Part shown: in pieces, positions 52,496 to 63,284 of the stretch
How positions within the stretch are numbered: position 1 is the first letter of the stretch
How the letters are laid out: each line of letters opens with the position of its first letter
Source: a virus
Taxonomy: Duplodnaviria; Heunggongvirae; Uroviricota; Caudoviricetes
IMG/VR virus record: IMGVR_UViG_2778261352_000001
Coordinates: 1,199 to 65,198 of that record
Length of the DNA: 64,000 nucleotides
Strand: one strand, 5' to 3'
Notes under the pieces: generated by a model
What the model was told of the DNA's origin: nothing
The model's input: only the letters and a program-made list of their open reading frames with translations
Database searches by the model: none
Position numbers and translations under genes: made by a program

Positions 52496-52855
52496 ATGTC
52501 CGATATGGAAATTGAAAAAGAGATTCTGGCCAAAGGCAAAACAGCACCACGCCTGACTCCTGATCACATCGAGAGTGTGATTGCCGAAGAGCATTATTTC
52601 ACAGCTTTTGACGGCATTCGCGCTGCGCATGAAGGCGTTCGTGAGGTGCTGTCTGTTCATCCCTCTACGCGTAGCCTGACCATCTGTGTCTTGGTGCTGT
52701 ACAATGGATTCATTGTTACGGGGGAAAGCGCCTGTGCCAGCCCTGAAAATTTCGACGCGGAGATTGGCCGTAAGATAGCCCGTAAGAACGCCATTGAGAA
52801 AATCTGGCCGCTGGAAGGTTATCTGCTGAAGCAAAAGCTCAGCGAGCAGATTTAA
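52496..52855 (+). CDS. hypothetical protein
   Basis: 119 aa. Confidence 0.4.
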   Translation: MSDMEIEKEILAKGKTAPRLTPDHIESVIAEEHYFTAFDGIRAAHEGVREVLSVHPSTRSLTICVLVLYNGFIVTGESACASPENFDAEIGRKIARKNAIEKIWPLEGYLLKQKLSEQI

Positions 52856-52925
52856 TCAACTATAGAAATCGTAATATCAACACTCATGACTTTACTTTGG
52901 CAGGAAGCCACTAAGGACAAACAAC

Positions 52926-53327
52926 ATGTTTGCGGTTAAACAAGAAATAAACAACGCTACTTCTCTGTTCGAAATTGAGAGTATTACCGTTGGATATCCT
53001 GGTTCAGATCAATTTAAACAGGCGTTCGAGATTGCTGAAGAACTGGGGATCAAAACGCCTGATGCGATTGAATATATCCCTGTTGCGTACGAAGATGAGG
53101 AGATGACAAAGGCAATCGGGGAAGAGCAAACTTTGAGTACAGAGCGTAAGGATGTACAGCGGGATGACTGTATCGCCGTGATTTGCTCTGAGGTTGCTTC
53201 TGAAATGTTCCCTGACCTCCCTGCCATGGGAGGTGTTGGTTATCAATTCCTCTACAAAGGTGATACGTTACGTATCTATACAAGTAGTTTGTTGATCGAA
53301 GAAGTAGGTACGGAAAACGACAACTAA
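52926..53327 (+). CDS. hypothetical protein
   Basis: 133 aa. Confidence 0.4.
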   Translation: MFAVKQEINNATSLFEIESITVGYPGSDQFKQAFEIAEELGIKTPDAIEYIPVAYEDEEMTKAIGEEQTLSTERKDVQRDDCIAVICSEVASEMFPDLPAMGGVGYQFLYKGDTLRIYTSSLLIEEVGTENDN

Positions 53328-53376
53328 TTCGCTTCAACCCTTCACAGAAATCGGTCCTCAGTGGCCGGTTTTTCAC

Positions 53377-53454
53377 TTATCCACATTATCCACTGGATAG
53401 ATCCAATAATTAGGTCCATACAGATCCCAATTAGATCCATATAGATCCCTGATC
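53377..53454. other. plasmid origin core: tandem DnaA boxes plus GATC cluster
   Basis: TTATCCACA TTATCCACT followed by five GATC within about 55 bp. Confidence 0.65.
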
Positions 53455-53493
53455 GTTGCAGGCCGCGCCACGTCTGGCTTAGAAGTATATCGC

Positions 53494-53601
53494 GATGTGT
53501 GCTGGAGGGAAAACGATGTGTGCTGGCGGGATAAAAATGTGTGCTGACGGGTTGCTAATGTGTGCTGGCGGGATATAGGATGTGTGCTGACGGGAAAGCC
53601 T
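53494..53601. repeat. incC iterons (5 direct 19-bp repeats, RepA binding)
   Basis: GATGTGTGCTGGAGGGAAA-like repeat x5 upstream of repA. Confidence 0.85.
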
Positions 53602-53653
53602 GGGTAGTTATCATCACTTATAAAAACTATCCACATAATTCGGAAAAAGTATT

Positions 53654-54514
53654 ATGAATCAATCTTTTATCTCCGATATTCTTTACGCAGACATTGAAAG
53701 TAAGGCAAAAGAACTAACAGTTAATTCAAACAACACTGTGCAGCCTGTAGCGTTGATGCGCTTGGGGGTATTCGTGCCGAAGCCATCAAAGAGCAAAGGA
53801 GAAAGTAAAGAGATTGATGCCACCAAAGCGTTTTCCCAGCTGGAGATAGCTAAAGCAGAAGGTTACGATGACATTAAAATCACCGGTCCTCGACTCGATA
53901 TGGATACTGATTTCAAAACGTGGATCGGTGTTATCTACGCGTTCAGCAAATACGGCTTGTCCTCAAACACCATCCAGTTATCGTTTCAGGAATTCGCTAA
54001 AGCCTGTGGTTTCCCCTCAAAACGTTTGGATGCGAAACTGCGTTTAACCATTCATGAATCACTTGGCCGCTTGCGTAACAAGGGTATCGCTTTTAAGCGT
54101 GGTAAAGATGCTAAAGGTGGCTACCAGACTGGTCTGTTGAAGGTCGGACGTTTCGATGCTGACCTCGATCTGATCGAGCTGGAAGCCGACTCGAAGCTGT
54201 GGGAGCTGTTCCAGCTTGATTATCGCGTCCTGTTGCAGCACCACGCCTTGCGTGCCCTTCCGAAGAAAGAAGCTGCACAAGCCATTTACACTTTTATCGA
54301 AAGCCTTCCGCAGAATCCGTTGCCGCTATCGTTCGCGCGAATCCGTGAGCGCCTGGCTTTGCAGTCAGCTGTTGGCGAGCAAAACCGTATCATTAAGAAA
54401 GCGATAGAACAGCTTAAAACAATCGGCTATCTCGACTGTTCAATTGAGAAGAAAGGCCGGGAAAGTTTTGTAATCGTCCATTCTCGCAATCCAAAGCTGA
54501 AACTCCCCGAATAA
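53654..54514 (+). CDS. repA: replication initiator RepA
   Basis: 286 aa, flanked by iteron arrays. Confidence 0.95.
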   Translation: MNQSFISDILYADIESKAKELTVNSNNTVQPVALMRLGVFVPKPSKSKGESKEIDATKAFSQLEIAKAEGYDDIKITGPRLDMDTDFKTWIGVIYAFSKYGLSSNTIQLSFQEFAKACGFPSKRLDAKLRLTIHESLGRLRNKGIAFKRGKDAKGGYQTGLLKVGRFDADLDLIELEADSKLWELFQLDYRVLLQHHALRALPKKEAAQAIYTFIESLPQNPLPLSFARIRERLALQSAVGEQNRIIKKAIEQLKTIGYLDCSIEKKGRESFVIVHSRNPKLKLPE

Positions 54515-54515
54515 G

Positions 54516-54798
54516 TGTGTGCTGGAGGGCAGCTGCATTCAAAAAATGTGTGCTGCCGGGAAGGCTTGTCCAATTTCCCGTTTTTGATGTGCGCTGGAGG
54601 GGGACGCCCCGCAGTTTGCTCAGACTTTCCCTCCAGCACACATCTGTACATCCGTTTTTCCCTCCAGTGCACATGTAATTCTCTGTCTTTCCCTCCAGCA
54701 CACATATTTGATACCAGTGATCCCTCCACAGCACATAATTCAATGCGACTTCCCTCTATCGCACATCTTAAACTTTTATTCTCCCTCCAGCACACATC
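54516..54798. repeat. incA iterons (9 copies, 3 forward and 6 reverse)
   Basis: Same 19-bp iteron core as incC in both orientations downstream of repA. Confidence 0.85.
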
Positions 54799-55071
54799 GA
54801 AGCTGCCGGGCAAGCCGTTCTCACCAGTTGATAGAGAGTGAAGCCTGGCTGCCCGTTGAAGCAGGAAATCACCAAAATGATTCAGGCTACAACCTGAACG
54901 TAGAAGAAATCCGCGTCCTTTATGCGTGGAGGATGCCAAAGCATGTTGTGAGACACCTTGCAAAGGAGTAAGCATGCAGAGAATGCTATGTACAAGCATC
55001 TACGCATACATTATTATTTTATGCAGCATTTCTAATTAAATTCAAAAATACAGCATAAAGGATGACTTTCG

Positions 55072-56268
55072 ATGAGTGATTCCAGCCAGCTTCACAAGGT
55101 TGCTCAAAGAGCAAACAGAATGCTCAATGTTCTGACTGAACAAGTACAGTTGCAAAAGGATGAGCTACACGCGAACGAGTTTTACCAGGTCTATGCGAAA
55201 GCGGCACTGGCAAAATTGCCTCTACTGACTCGAGCGAACGTTGACTATGCCGTGAGTGAAATGGAAGAAAAGGGTTATGTTTTCGATAAACGCCCTGCTG
55301 GCTCTTCAATGAAATATGCGATGTCAATTCAGAACATCATTGACATATATGAACATCGCGGAGTGCCAAAATACCGGGATCGCTACAGCGAAGCGTATGT
55401 GATTTTCATCTCCAATCTTAAAGGCGGTGTGTCAAAAACTGTATCGACGGTTTCTCTGGCGCATGCAATGCGTGCTCACCCTCATCTTCTGATGGAAGAT
55501 TTAAGGATTCTGGTTATTGACCTTGATCCGCAATCTTCAGCAACGATGTTTTTAAGCCATAAACACTCTATTGGTATCGTAAACGCAACATCTGCACAGG
55601 CTATGTTGCAGAATGTAAGCCGTGAAGAGCTGTTAGAGGAGTTTATTGTTCCTTCTGTTGTACCTGGGGTTGACGTTATGCCTGCGTCGATTGACGATGC
55701 CTTTATTGCATCCGATTGGAGAGAGCTGTGCAATGAGCATCTACCGGGTCAGAACATCCATGCCGTCCTGAAAGAAAATGTGATTGATAAGCTGAAGAGC
55801 GATTATGACTTTATCCTCGTTGATAGTGGTCCTCACCTTGACGCCTTCCTGAAAAATGCTTTGGCCTCGGCCAATATACTGTTTACACCTCTGCCGCCTG
55901 CAACGGTTGATTTCCACTCATCGCTTAAATACGTTGCCCGCCTTCCTGAGTTGGTGAAACTCATTTCGGATGAAGGCTGCGAGTGCCAGCTTGCGACTAA
56001 CATTGGTTTTATGTCCAAGTTGAGTAACAAGGCAGACCATAAGTATTGCCATAGCCTGGCTAAAGAAGTGTTCGGTGGGGATATGCTTGATGTCGTCCTC
56101 CCTCGCCTTGACGGTTTTGAACGCTGCGGCGAGTCTTTTGACACTGTTATTTCAGCTAACCCGGCAACGTATGTTGGTAGTGCTGATGCATTGAAGAACG
56201 CGCGAATTGCCGCGGAAGATTTTGCTAAAGCAGTTTTTGACCGTATTGAATTTATCAGATCTAATTGA
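55072..56268 (+). CDS. parA: partition ATPase ParA
   Basis: 398 aa, deviant Walker A KGGVSKT. Confidence 0.9.
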   Translation: MSDSSQLHKVAQRANRMLNVLTEQVQLQKDELHANEFYQVYAKAALAKLPLLTRANVDYAVSEMEEKGYVFDKRPAGSSMKYAMSIQNIIDIYEHRGVPKYRDRYSEAYVIFISNLKGGVSKTVSTVSLAHAMRAHPHLLMEDLRILVIDLDPQSSATMFLSHKHSIGIVNATSAQAMLQNVSREELLEEFIVPSVVPGVDVMPASIDDAFIASDWRELCNEHLPGQNIHAVLKENVIDKLKSDYDFILVDSGPHLDAFLKNALASANILFTPLPPATVDFHSSLKYVARLPELVKLISDEGCECQLATNIGFMSKLSNKADHKYCHSLAKEVFGGDMLDVVLPRLDGFERCGESFDTVISANPATYVGSADALKNARIAAEDFAKAVFDRIEFIRSN

Positions 56269-56284
56269 GGAGTAAGAAACCCCC

Positions 56285-57286
56285 ATGTCAAAGAAAAACA
56301 GACCAACAATTGGGCGAACCCTTAATCCTTCAATATTAAGCGGATTTGATAGTTCTTCAGCCTCTGGCGATCGAGTCGAGCAGGTATTCAAGTTATCTAC
56401 TGGTCGCCAGGCCACATTTATCGAGGAGGTAATTCCTCCGAACCAGGTAGAAAGCGATACCTTTGTTGATCAGCATAACAACGGGCGTGACCAGGCATCT
56501 CTTACGCCAAAATCATTAAAAAGTATCCGAAGCACTATTAAGCATCAGCAATTTTACCCTGCAATAGGTGTTAGACGGGCTACAGGGAAAATTGAAATTT
56601 TGGATGGTTCCCGGCGTCGAGCTTCTGCCATCTTAGAGAACGTAGGGTTGCGGGTTTTAGTCACGGACCAGGAGATCAGCGTTCAGGAAGCGCAAAATTT
56701 AGCGAAAGACGTTCAGACAGCATTGCAGCACAGCATTCGAGAAATAGGTCTGCGTTTGATGCGAATGAAAAATGATGGGATGAGTCAGAAGGATATTGCA
56801 GCCAAGGAAGGGCTATCTCAGGCGAAGGTCACACGTGCTCTCCAGGCAGCGAGTGCTCCGGAAGAATTAGTCGCCCTTTTCCCTGTGCAGTCGGAATTAA
56901 CCTTTTCGGACTACAAAACGCTTTGTGCTGTTGGCGACGAAATGGGGAACAAGAATTTAGAGTTTGATCAGCTTATTCAAAACATATCCCCGGAAATAAA
57001 CGACATCTTATCCATTGAAGAAATGGCCGAAGATGAAGTTAAAAATAAAATCCTGCGCTTGATAACAAAGGAAGCCTCACTACTCACGGATAAAGGTTCT
57101 AAAGATAAGTCCGTAGTTACTGAATTATGGAAATTTGAGGACAAGGATCGCTTTGCAAGGAAGCGCGTGAAAGGCCGTGCATTTTCTTATGAGTTTAATC
57201 GACTCTCAAAAGAGTTACAGGAAGAACTCGACAGGATGATTGGGCATATCCTTAGAAAGAGCCTCGATAAAAAGCCGAAGCCTTAA
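56285..57286 (+). CDS. parB: partition protein ParB
   Basis: 333 aa, ParB-like HTH region; follows parA. Confidence 0.9.
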   Translation: MSKKNRPTIGRTLNPSILSGFDSSSASGDRVEQVFKLSTGRQATFIEEVIPPNQVESDTFVDQHNNGRDQASLTPKSLKSIRSTIKHQQFYPAIGVRRATGKIEILDGSRRRASAILENVGLRVLVTDQEISVQEAQNLAKDVQTALQHSIREIGLRLMRMKNDGMSQKDIAAKEGLSQAKVTRALQAASAPEELVALFPVQSELTFSDYKTLCAVGDEMGNKNLEFDQLIQNISPEINDILSIEEMAEDEVKNKILRLITKEASLLTDKGSKDKSVVTELWKFEDKDRFARKRVKGRAFSYEFNRLSKELQEELDRMIGHILRKSLDKKPKP

Positions 57287-57289
57287 ACT

Positions 57290-57376
57290 TTCGCCATTCA
57301 AATTTCACCATTAAATTACTGTTTTTAAAGTAAATACTTCTAAAATTTCAAGGTGAAATCGCCACGATTTCACCTT
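57290..57376. other. parS centromere (Box A ATTTCAC / Box B TCGCCA flanking AT-rich IHF region)
   Basis: TCGCCATTCAAATTTCAC .. TGAAATCGCCACGATTTCAC. Confidence 0.8.
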
Positions 57377-57490
57377 GGATTTTACCTTCCTCCCCTCCTC
57401 CCGAAAAAAATAAAAAAATTGCTTGTCACGAGAAAGTCAACAAGTGACTTTCAATAAAATCTCTTCCGAAAAGGGATTCACACAAGTGCC

Positions 57491-59218
57491 TTGTGTTTAA
57501 GGAAGAGTAAATTGAGTAACTTACGCGAATACCAGAATCGTATTGCAGATATCGCAAAACGCTCTAAAGCTGTGCTTGGCTGGGCAAGCACTGCGCAGTT
57601 CGGTACTGATAACCAATTCATTAAAGATGATGCCGCGCGTGCCGCATCTATCCTTGAAGCTGCACGTAAAGACCCGGTTTTTGCGGGTATCTCTGATAAT
57701 GCCACCGCTCAAATCGCTACAGCGTGGGCAAGTGCACTGGCTGACTACGCCGCAGCACATAAATCTATGCCGCGTCCGGAAATTCTGGCCTCCTGCCACC
57801 AGACGCTGGAAAACTGCCTGATTGAGTCCACCCGCAATAGCATGGATGCCACTAATAAAGCGATGCTGGAATCCGTCGCAGCAGAGATGATGAGCGTTTC
57901 TGACGGTGTTATGCGTCTGCCTTTATTCCTCGCGATGATCCTGCCTGTTCAGTTGGGGGCAGCTACCGCTGATGCGTGTACCTTCATTCCGGTTACGCGT
58001 GACCAGTCCGACATCTATGAAGTCTTTAACGTGGCAGGTTCCTCTTTTGGTTCTTATGCTGCTGGTGATGTTCTGGACATGCAATCCGTCGGTGTGTACA
58101 GCCAGTTACGTCGCCGCTATGTGCTGGTGGCAAGCTCCGATGGCACCAGCAAAACCGCAACCTTCAAGATGGAAGACTTCGAAGGCCAGAATGTACCAAT
58201 CCGAAAAGGTCGCACTAACATCTACGTTAACCGTATTAAGTCTGTTGTTGATAACGGTTCCGGCAGCCTACTTCACTCGTTTACTAATGCTGCTGGTGAG
58301 CAAATCACTGTTACCTGCTCTCTGAACTACAACATTGGTCAGATTGCCCTGTCGTTCTCCAAAGCGCCGGATAAAGGCACTGAGATCGCAATTGAGACGG
58401 AAATCAATATTGAAGCCGCTCCTGAGCTGATCCCGCTGATCAACCACGAAATGAAGAAATACACCCTGTTCCCAAGTCAGTTCGTTATCGCGGCTGAGCA
58501 CACGGTACAGGCGGCGTATGAAGCACAGCGTGAATTTGGTCTGGACCTGGGTTCCCTACAGTTCCGCACCCTGAAGGAATACCTGTCTCATGAACAGGAT
58601 ATGCTGCGTCTTCGCATCATGATCTGGCGCACTCTTGCGACCGACACCTTTGACATCGCTCTGCCGGTTAACCAGTCCTTTGATGTATGGGCAACCATCA
58701 TTCGTGGCAAATTCCAGACTGTATATCGCGACATTATTGAGCGCGTTAAATCTTCTGGTGCGATGGGGATGTTTGCTGGTGCTGATGCAGCATCTTTCTT
58801 CAAACAGTTGCCGAAGGATTTCTTCCAGCCAGCCGAAGACTATATCCAGACTCCGTATGTTCACTACATCGGTACCCTGTTCGGTAACGTGAAAGTGTAC
58901 GAAGTACCTGCTGGTATTTGTAAGAACTTAACGACAGAGAACATTCAGTTCAGCTCGATGGATGTGCTGTGCTACGTCCGTGATGAAAATCCGGGTAAAG
59001 CAGGCTTCGTGACTGGTGATGCTGTCCCGGCGATCCCGTTCCAGCATCCGACCACTCCGGCGCTGGTCAACCGTACCACACTGTGGGGTTCGGCTATCAA
59101 CGATATGCACCCACGCAACGGCGCTGATTACTTCACTCGTGTAACGCTGACAATGGCCAAAAAAGGCGGGCTTAACTTCATAAGCGGCGACACGATTGAT
59201 GCCGGTGACTCTGAGTAA
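57491..59218 (+). CDS. hypothetical large protein (possibly virion structural)
   Basis: 575 aa, no motif recognised. Confidence 0.45.
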   Translation: MCLRKSKLSNLREYQNRIADIAKRSKAVLGWASTAQFGTDNQFIKDDAARAASILEAARKDPVFAGISDNATAQIATAWASALADYAAAHKSMPRPEILASCHQTLENCLIESTRNSMDATNKAMLESVAAEMMSVSDGVMRLPLFLAMILPVQLGAATADACTFIPVTRDQSDIYEVFNVAGSSFGSYAAGDVLDMQSVGVYSQLRRRYVLVASSDGTSKTATFKMEDFEGQNVPIRKGRTNIYVNRIKSVVDNGSGSLLHSFTNAAGEQITVTCSLNYNIGQIALSFSKAPDKGTEIAIETEINIEAAPELIPLINHEMKKYTLFPSQFVIAAEHTVQAAYEAQREFGLDLGSLQFRTLKEYLSHEQDMLRLRIMIWRTLATDTFDIALPVNQSFDVWATIIRGKFQTVYRDIIERVKSSGAMGMFAGADAASFFKQLPKDFFQPAEDYIQTPYVHYIGTLFGNVKVYEVPAGICKNLTTENIQFSSMDVLCYVRDENPGKAGFVTGDAVPAIPFQHPTTPALVNRTTLWGSAINDMHPRNGADYFTRVTLTMAKKGGLNFISGDTIDAGDSE

Positions 59219-59278
59219 TCAGGGGAAGTTCTCCGTTTAACATAGCGCCCCCGTGCGGGGCGCATAACAGGGAAAGTT

Positions 59279-60868
59279 ATGTCTCAATATTCAATTCAAC
59301 AGTCATTAGGTAATGCATCCGGCGTCGCGGTTAGCCCGATCAATGCCGATGCGACGTTATCTACCGGTGTTGCATTAAATAGCAGCTTGTGGGCTGGTAT
59401 TGGCGTATTTGCGCGTGGCAAGCCGTTTACTGTTCTCGCTGTTACTGAGTCCAATTACGAAGATGTTCTCGGCGAACCGCTGAAACCGTCTTCCGGCTCA
59501 CAGTTCGAACCAATTCGTCATGTGTACGAAGCTATTCAGCAAACGTCTGGTTATGTTGTTCGTGCTGTTCCGGATGATGCGAAATTCCCGATTATTATGT
59601 TCGATGAATCAGGCGAACCAGCTTACAGTGCGTTGCCATACGGTTCTGAAATTGAACTTGATAGCGGCGAAGCCTTTGCTATCTACGTTGATGATGGTGA
59701 TCCGTGTATTTCACCTACCCGTGAGTTAACCATCGAAACGGCAACAGCGGACAGTGCGGGCAATGAACGCTTCCTCTTAAAACTGACCCAGACGACTTCG
59801 CTCGGTGTGGTAACGACCTTGGAGACACACACTGTGTCTTTGGCGGAAGAAGCGAAAGATGACATGGGCCGCTTGTGTTATCTGCCTACGGCTCTGGAAG
59901 CCCGTTCTAAATATCTGCGCGCGGTTGTTAATGAAGAGCTGATTTCGACAGCGAAAGTAACAAACAAAAAATCGTTGGCGTTCACCGGTGGTACCAACGG
60001 TGATCAATCGAAAATCTCAACTGCTGCGTACCTGCGTGCGGTGAAAGTGCTGAACAATGCCCCGTACATGTACACCGCTGTTCTTGGCCTGGGCTGCTAT
60101 GACAATGCGGCGATCACTGCGTTAGGTAATATCTGTTCTGATCGCCTGATTGATGGCTTCTTTGATGTTAAACCGACATTGACGTACACGGAAGCGCTGT
60201 CTGCTGTTGAAGATACCGGTTTACTTGGTACCGATTATGTAAGCTGTTCTGTCTATCACTACCCGTTCTCCTGCAAAGACAAATGGACCCAATCCCGTGT
60301 GGTCTTTGGTCTGTCTGGCGTGGCGTACGCGGCGAAAGCTCGTGGCGTCAAGAAAAACTCTGATGTCGGCGGTTGGCATTACTCACCGGCTGGTGAAGAA
60401 CGTGCCGTCATTGCTCGTGCGTCAATTCAACCGCTGTATCCGGAAGATACCCCGGACGAAGAAGCAATGGTCAAGGGCCGTCTCAATAAAGTATCTGTTG
60501 GCACCTCTGGCCAGATGATCATCGACGATGCTTTAACTTGCTGCACGCAGGATAACTATCTGCACTTCCAGCACGTCCCATCCCTGATGAATGCAATCAG
60601 CCGTTTTTTTGTCCAGTTAGCCCGCCAGATGAAGCATAGCCCGGACGGTATTACTGCGGCTGGCCTGACTAAAGGGATGACCAAACTTTTAGATCGCTTT
60701 GTCGCCTCCGGCGCTCTGGTGGCTCCTCGTGATCCTGATGCTGACGGTACAGAACCGTATGTGCTGAAAGTTACGCAGGCGGAATTCGATAAATGGGAAG
60801 TAGTCTGGGCCTGCTGCCCGACTGGCGTAGCCCGTCGTATCCAGGGCGTACCGCTGCTTATTAAGTAA
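59279..60868 (+). CDS. hypothetical large protein (possibly virion structural)
   Basis: 529 aa. Confidence 0.45.
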   Translation: MSQYSIQQSLGNASGVAVSPINADATLSTGVALNSSLWAGIGVFARGKPFTVLAVTESNYEDVLGEPLKPSSGSQFEPIRHVYEAIQQTSGYVVRAVPDDAKFPIIMFDESGEPAYSALPYGSEIELDSGEAFAIYVDDGDPCISPTRELTIETATADSAGNERFLLKLTQTTSLGVVTTLETHTVSLAEEAKDDMGRLCYLPTALEARSKYLRAVVNEELISTAKVTNKKSLAFTGGTNGDQSKISTAAYLRAVKVLNNAPYMYTAVLGLGCYDNAAITALGNICSDRLIDGFFDVKPTLTYTEALSAVEDTGLLGTDYVSCSVYHYPFSCKDKWTQSRVVFGLSGVAYAAKARGVKKNSDVGGWHYSPAGEERAVIARASIQPLYPEDTPDEEAMVKGRLNKVSVGTSGQMIIDDALTCCTQDNYLHFQHVPSLMNAISRFFVQLARQMKHSPDGITAAGLTKGMTKLLDRFVASGALVAPRDPDADGTEPYVLKVTQAEFDKWEVVWACCPTGVARRIQGVPLLIK

Positions 60869-60877
60869 GGGAATACA

Positions 60878-61693
60878 ATGAGCAAAAACTTTTTTCAATC
60901 CGGGGCATTTTTGGGGAATGGACTGTCCCGTTTCGCTTTGAACTCTGATCCTGTGCAGCTGATGGAGTCTGCCCGGGCAAGCGCCGAACCGCCAACAGAT
61001 CCGGTTATTAATAATAATCCGGAACCGGCGGCACAGATTAACGAGAACGTTCCACCTGACCAGGCTCCTGGGCAAATCCTGGAAGGGAAAGAAGGTAAAG
61101 AATGGACCGTTGAACAGGCGCACCAGATGATTCTGGAAGCTGCAAATCGAAGTGCTATGCAGAATGCGTTGAGTGATGCGGCCGACGCCGTTTTCGCCTG
61201 GGCTGATAGCGGTGATCTGACTTTCGACTCCCTTGATGGTTTCGTTCAGGCTATCGCTGGTATCTCTGATGACGACGACTCCGAAGTTACAGAAGAACAG
61301 GACGATGCCTATAACGAAGCATGGGCAAATGTTGCTGACTTCCTCGCAGCATGCGGTGTAGATGATGACCTGATCGAAGCACTGGCTGACGATGAAGACG
61401 ACGACGCAGCTGCTGATGTTGGTGCCTCTATCGCTGGTTTAGATAGCGACGACCGTGACGAACTGGAAGCGGCGTTTGTTGTTGCTGGCACTTCTGATGA
61501 AATGCTGACTGAAGCATTTAAGAAGGTTGTTCGTAACGGTGAGATCAAACTCATCCGTAAACGCCTGCGTAAAAAACGTCTGACTGCGGCTCAAAAATCG
61601 GCGCTGAAAAAAGCGCGTCGAAAAGCCCAGACCGGTGCGGCAAAACTTGCCCGCAAAAAGTCAATGAAACTGCGCCGTAAGCGCCTTGGCTAA
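60878..61693 (+). CDS. bipolar protein: acidic body with highly basic C-terminal tail
   Basis: Asp/Glu-rich middle, C-terminal KRLRKKRLTAAQKSALKKARRKAQ..RRKRLG. Confidence 0.45.
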   Translation: MSKNFFQSGAFLGNGLSRFALNSDPVQLMESARASAEPPTDPVINNNPEPAAQINENVPPDQAPGQILEGKEGKEWTVEQAHQMILEAANRSAMQNALSDAADAVFAWADSGDLTFDSLDGFVQAIAGISDDDDSEVTEEQDDAYNEAWANVADFLAACGVDDDLIEALADDEDDDAAADVGASIAGLDSDDRDELEAAFVVAGTSDEMLTEAFKKVVRNGEIKLIRKRLRKKRLTAAQKSALKKARRKAQTGAAKLARKKSMKLRRKRLG

Positions 61694-61700
61694 AGGAGGA

Positions 61701-61727
61701 GGCCGGAGAACTCCGGCCTTTAACTTG
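61701..61727 (+). terminator. hairpin terminator-like element
   Basis: GGCCGGAG-aa-CTCCGGCC followed by TTTAACTT. Confidence 0.5.
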
Positions 61728-61728
61728 A

Positions 61729-62310
61729 ATGGCACCTATACCTTATGGGGTTTACAGCCAGGCTGATGGTGTATCGCCATTTCTGAAAGTTACTTTAACG
61801 AACTCTCAGTACCAGGTTACCGGATATATCAGCCAGGGGGCAGCAATGAACATGGCCCAGAATTGGGAAGCGCCGTTTACCGGTATGTCCATGGGGTCTG
61901 TTGCTGGTGCCTTCAGTGGTTTTGCGCAGGTTGGTACTGAAACAACGTCGGTGGCCCGTTGGAACAGCTTAATGGTTTGGGAGGGGGGAACACCGCCGAC
62001 GTTCACGCTGCCAGTAACTTTCATCGCTTTGTTTGACCCATTCACGGAGGTTTCAGGAGCTATCGCCGCATTGTCAGCGATGATTAGCCCGGAACTTAAA
62101 GATGCCAGTATTGGTGGTCGAATCCCGGAGCGTGTGACGCTAAACATTGGTCGCCGGATCAACATCATTGATGTCGCTATCCAGGACATAAGTTTCGATC
62201 TCGATGCGCCCAGGGACAGCAATGGGCATTTCCTGAAAAACACCGTCAACCTCCAGTTGACCGGTTCTTCGATATATAACAGCTCCGATATTGTTCGGGC
62301 GTTCCAGTAA
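61729..62310 (+). CDS. hypothetical protein
   Basis: 193 aa. Confidence 0.45.
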   Translation: MAPIPYGVYSQADGVSPFLKVTLTNSQYQVTGYISQGAAMNMAQNWEAPFTGMSMGSVAGAFSGFAQVGTETTSVARWNSLMVWEGGTPPTFTLPVTFIALFDPFTEVSGAIAALSAMISPELKDASIGGRIPERVTLNIGRRINIIDVAIQDISFDLDAPRDSNGHFLKNTVNLQLTGSSIYNSSDIVRAFQ

Positions 62311-62321
62311 AAGGATTTTAT

Positions 62322-62831
62322 ATGGGGCACAATAACACTAAGGGAAACCGTAAATTTATTAAGGGCCGCTATACTGCCAACGCGGCCAAAGGCGAACGAC
62401 TGGTATCTTCTGAATTCCAGCTCACTTTTGCAGGCTATGAAGATATCAGTGTACTTGTTCGTACGTCGCAAATCCCTGAAATGACTCGCGAGGATGTGGA
62501 GGACTATGGTCCGAATGGTGTGAAGTTCAACCAGCACGGACCAATTCGAAACTCTGGGGAAATCCAGGTCCAGTGCGTGGAGACTATCGAAGGCGATATT
62601 CTTCAGTTCATTAAGGATCGCATTGCGGCGAAGGACTATGTTGATATCACGATGGCTGCTACCCCTGAATCCAAATCTTCCGGGGTTAACGCTGTGACAA
62701 AAGCTGCTACAACAATTGAAATGTTGGACTGCAAAATCTACAGTGATGCAATCGACTTTAGTACCGAAGATGTGACTGCCGCTGTGCGCCCGTCACTTCG
62801 TATCGTCTACAACTGGATTGAGTGGGATTAA
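62322..62831 (+). CDS. hypothetical protein (possibly tail tube-like)
   Basis: 169 aa. Confidence 0.4.
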   Translation: MGHNNTKGNRKFIKGRYTANAAKGERLVSSEFQLTFAGYEDISVLVRTSQIPEMTREDVEDYGPNGVKFNQHGPIRNSGEIQVQCVETIEGDILQFIKDRIAAKDYVDITMAATPESKSSGVNAVTKAATTIEMLDCKIYSDAIDFSTEDVTAAVRPSLRIVYNWIEWD

Positions 62832-62850
62832 GAGTCATCCCTTGTATTTT

Positions 62851-62877
62851 AAAGCTCCTTCGGGAGCTTTTTTATTT
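62851..62877 (+). terminator. rho-independent terminator
   Basis: AAAGCTCC-ttcg-GGAGCTTT followed by TTTTATTT. Confidence 0.65.
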
Positions 62878-63284
62878 GGAGAGGAAAGGGTGCATTGAGG
62901 ATACCTGACACACGAAGAGTGGCGGGGATCTCTCCCCGCCAGGTCTCTTACCTTTCAGATTCGTAGGCTGTGAAGACAGTGACCTCCGTCTGGCCGGTTC
63001 GGATTCGTACCTCGCAGAGGTCTTTCCTCGTTACCAGTGCCGTCACAATGACGGTTAAACAGATGACGATCAGAGCGATTAACATCGCTTTTTGCTGCTT
63101 CATAGCCTGCTTCTCCTTGACCTTTTGGTCGGTAAGAGGCTAATCTACGTATGCTAAGCATAGATATGGCCTCAGATTAATGTTAAGCGTCTTGCAGGAC
63201 GCGTAATGTTATCTGGGGCTTTCTTCTATCTGCTTTTCGGGTAATGCCTGAAGCAGATAGCCTCAAGCACCCGCAACGATTGTA

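Noticed and set aside
53494-54798. Regular short repeats with spacers that could be mistaken for a CRISPR array
   Set aside because: Repeats are 19-bp iterons in both orientations flanking repA with DnaA boxes and GATC cluster; this is the plasmid replicon incC/incA architecture, and no cas genes are present.
57421-57460. Inverted repeat GAAAGTCA-acaag-TGACTTTC downstream of parS
   Set aside because: Short, isolated, no supporting promoter elements I could verify; mentioned only as a possible operator, too weak to call as a feature.
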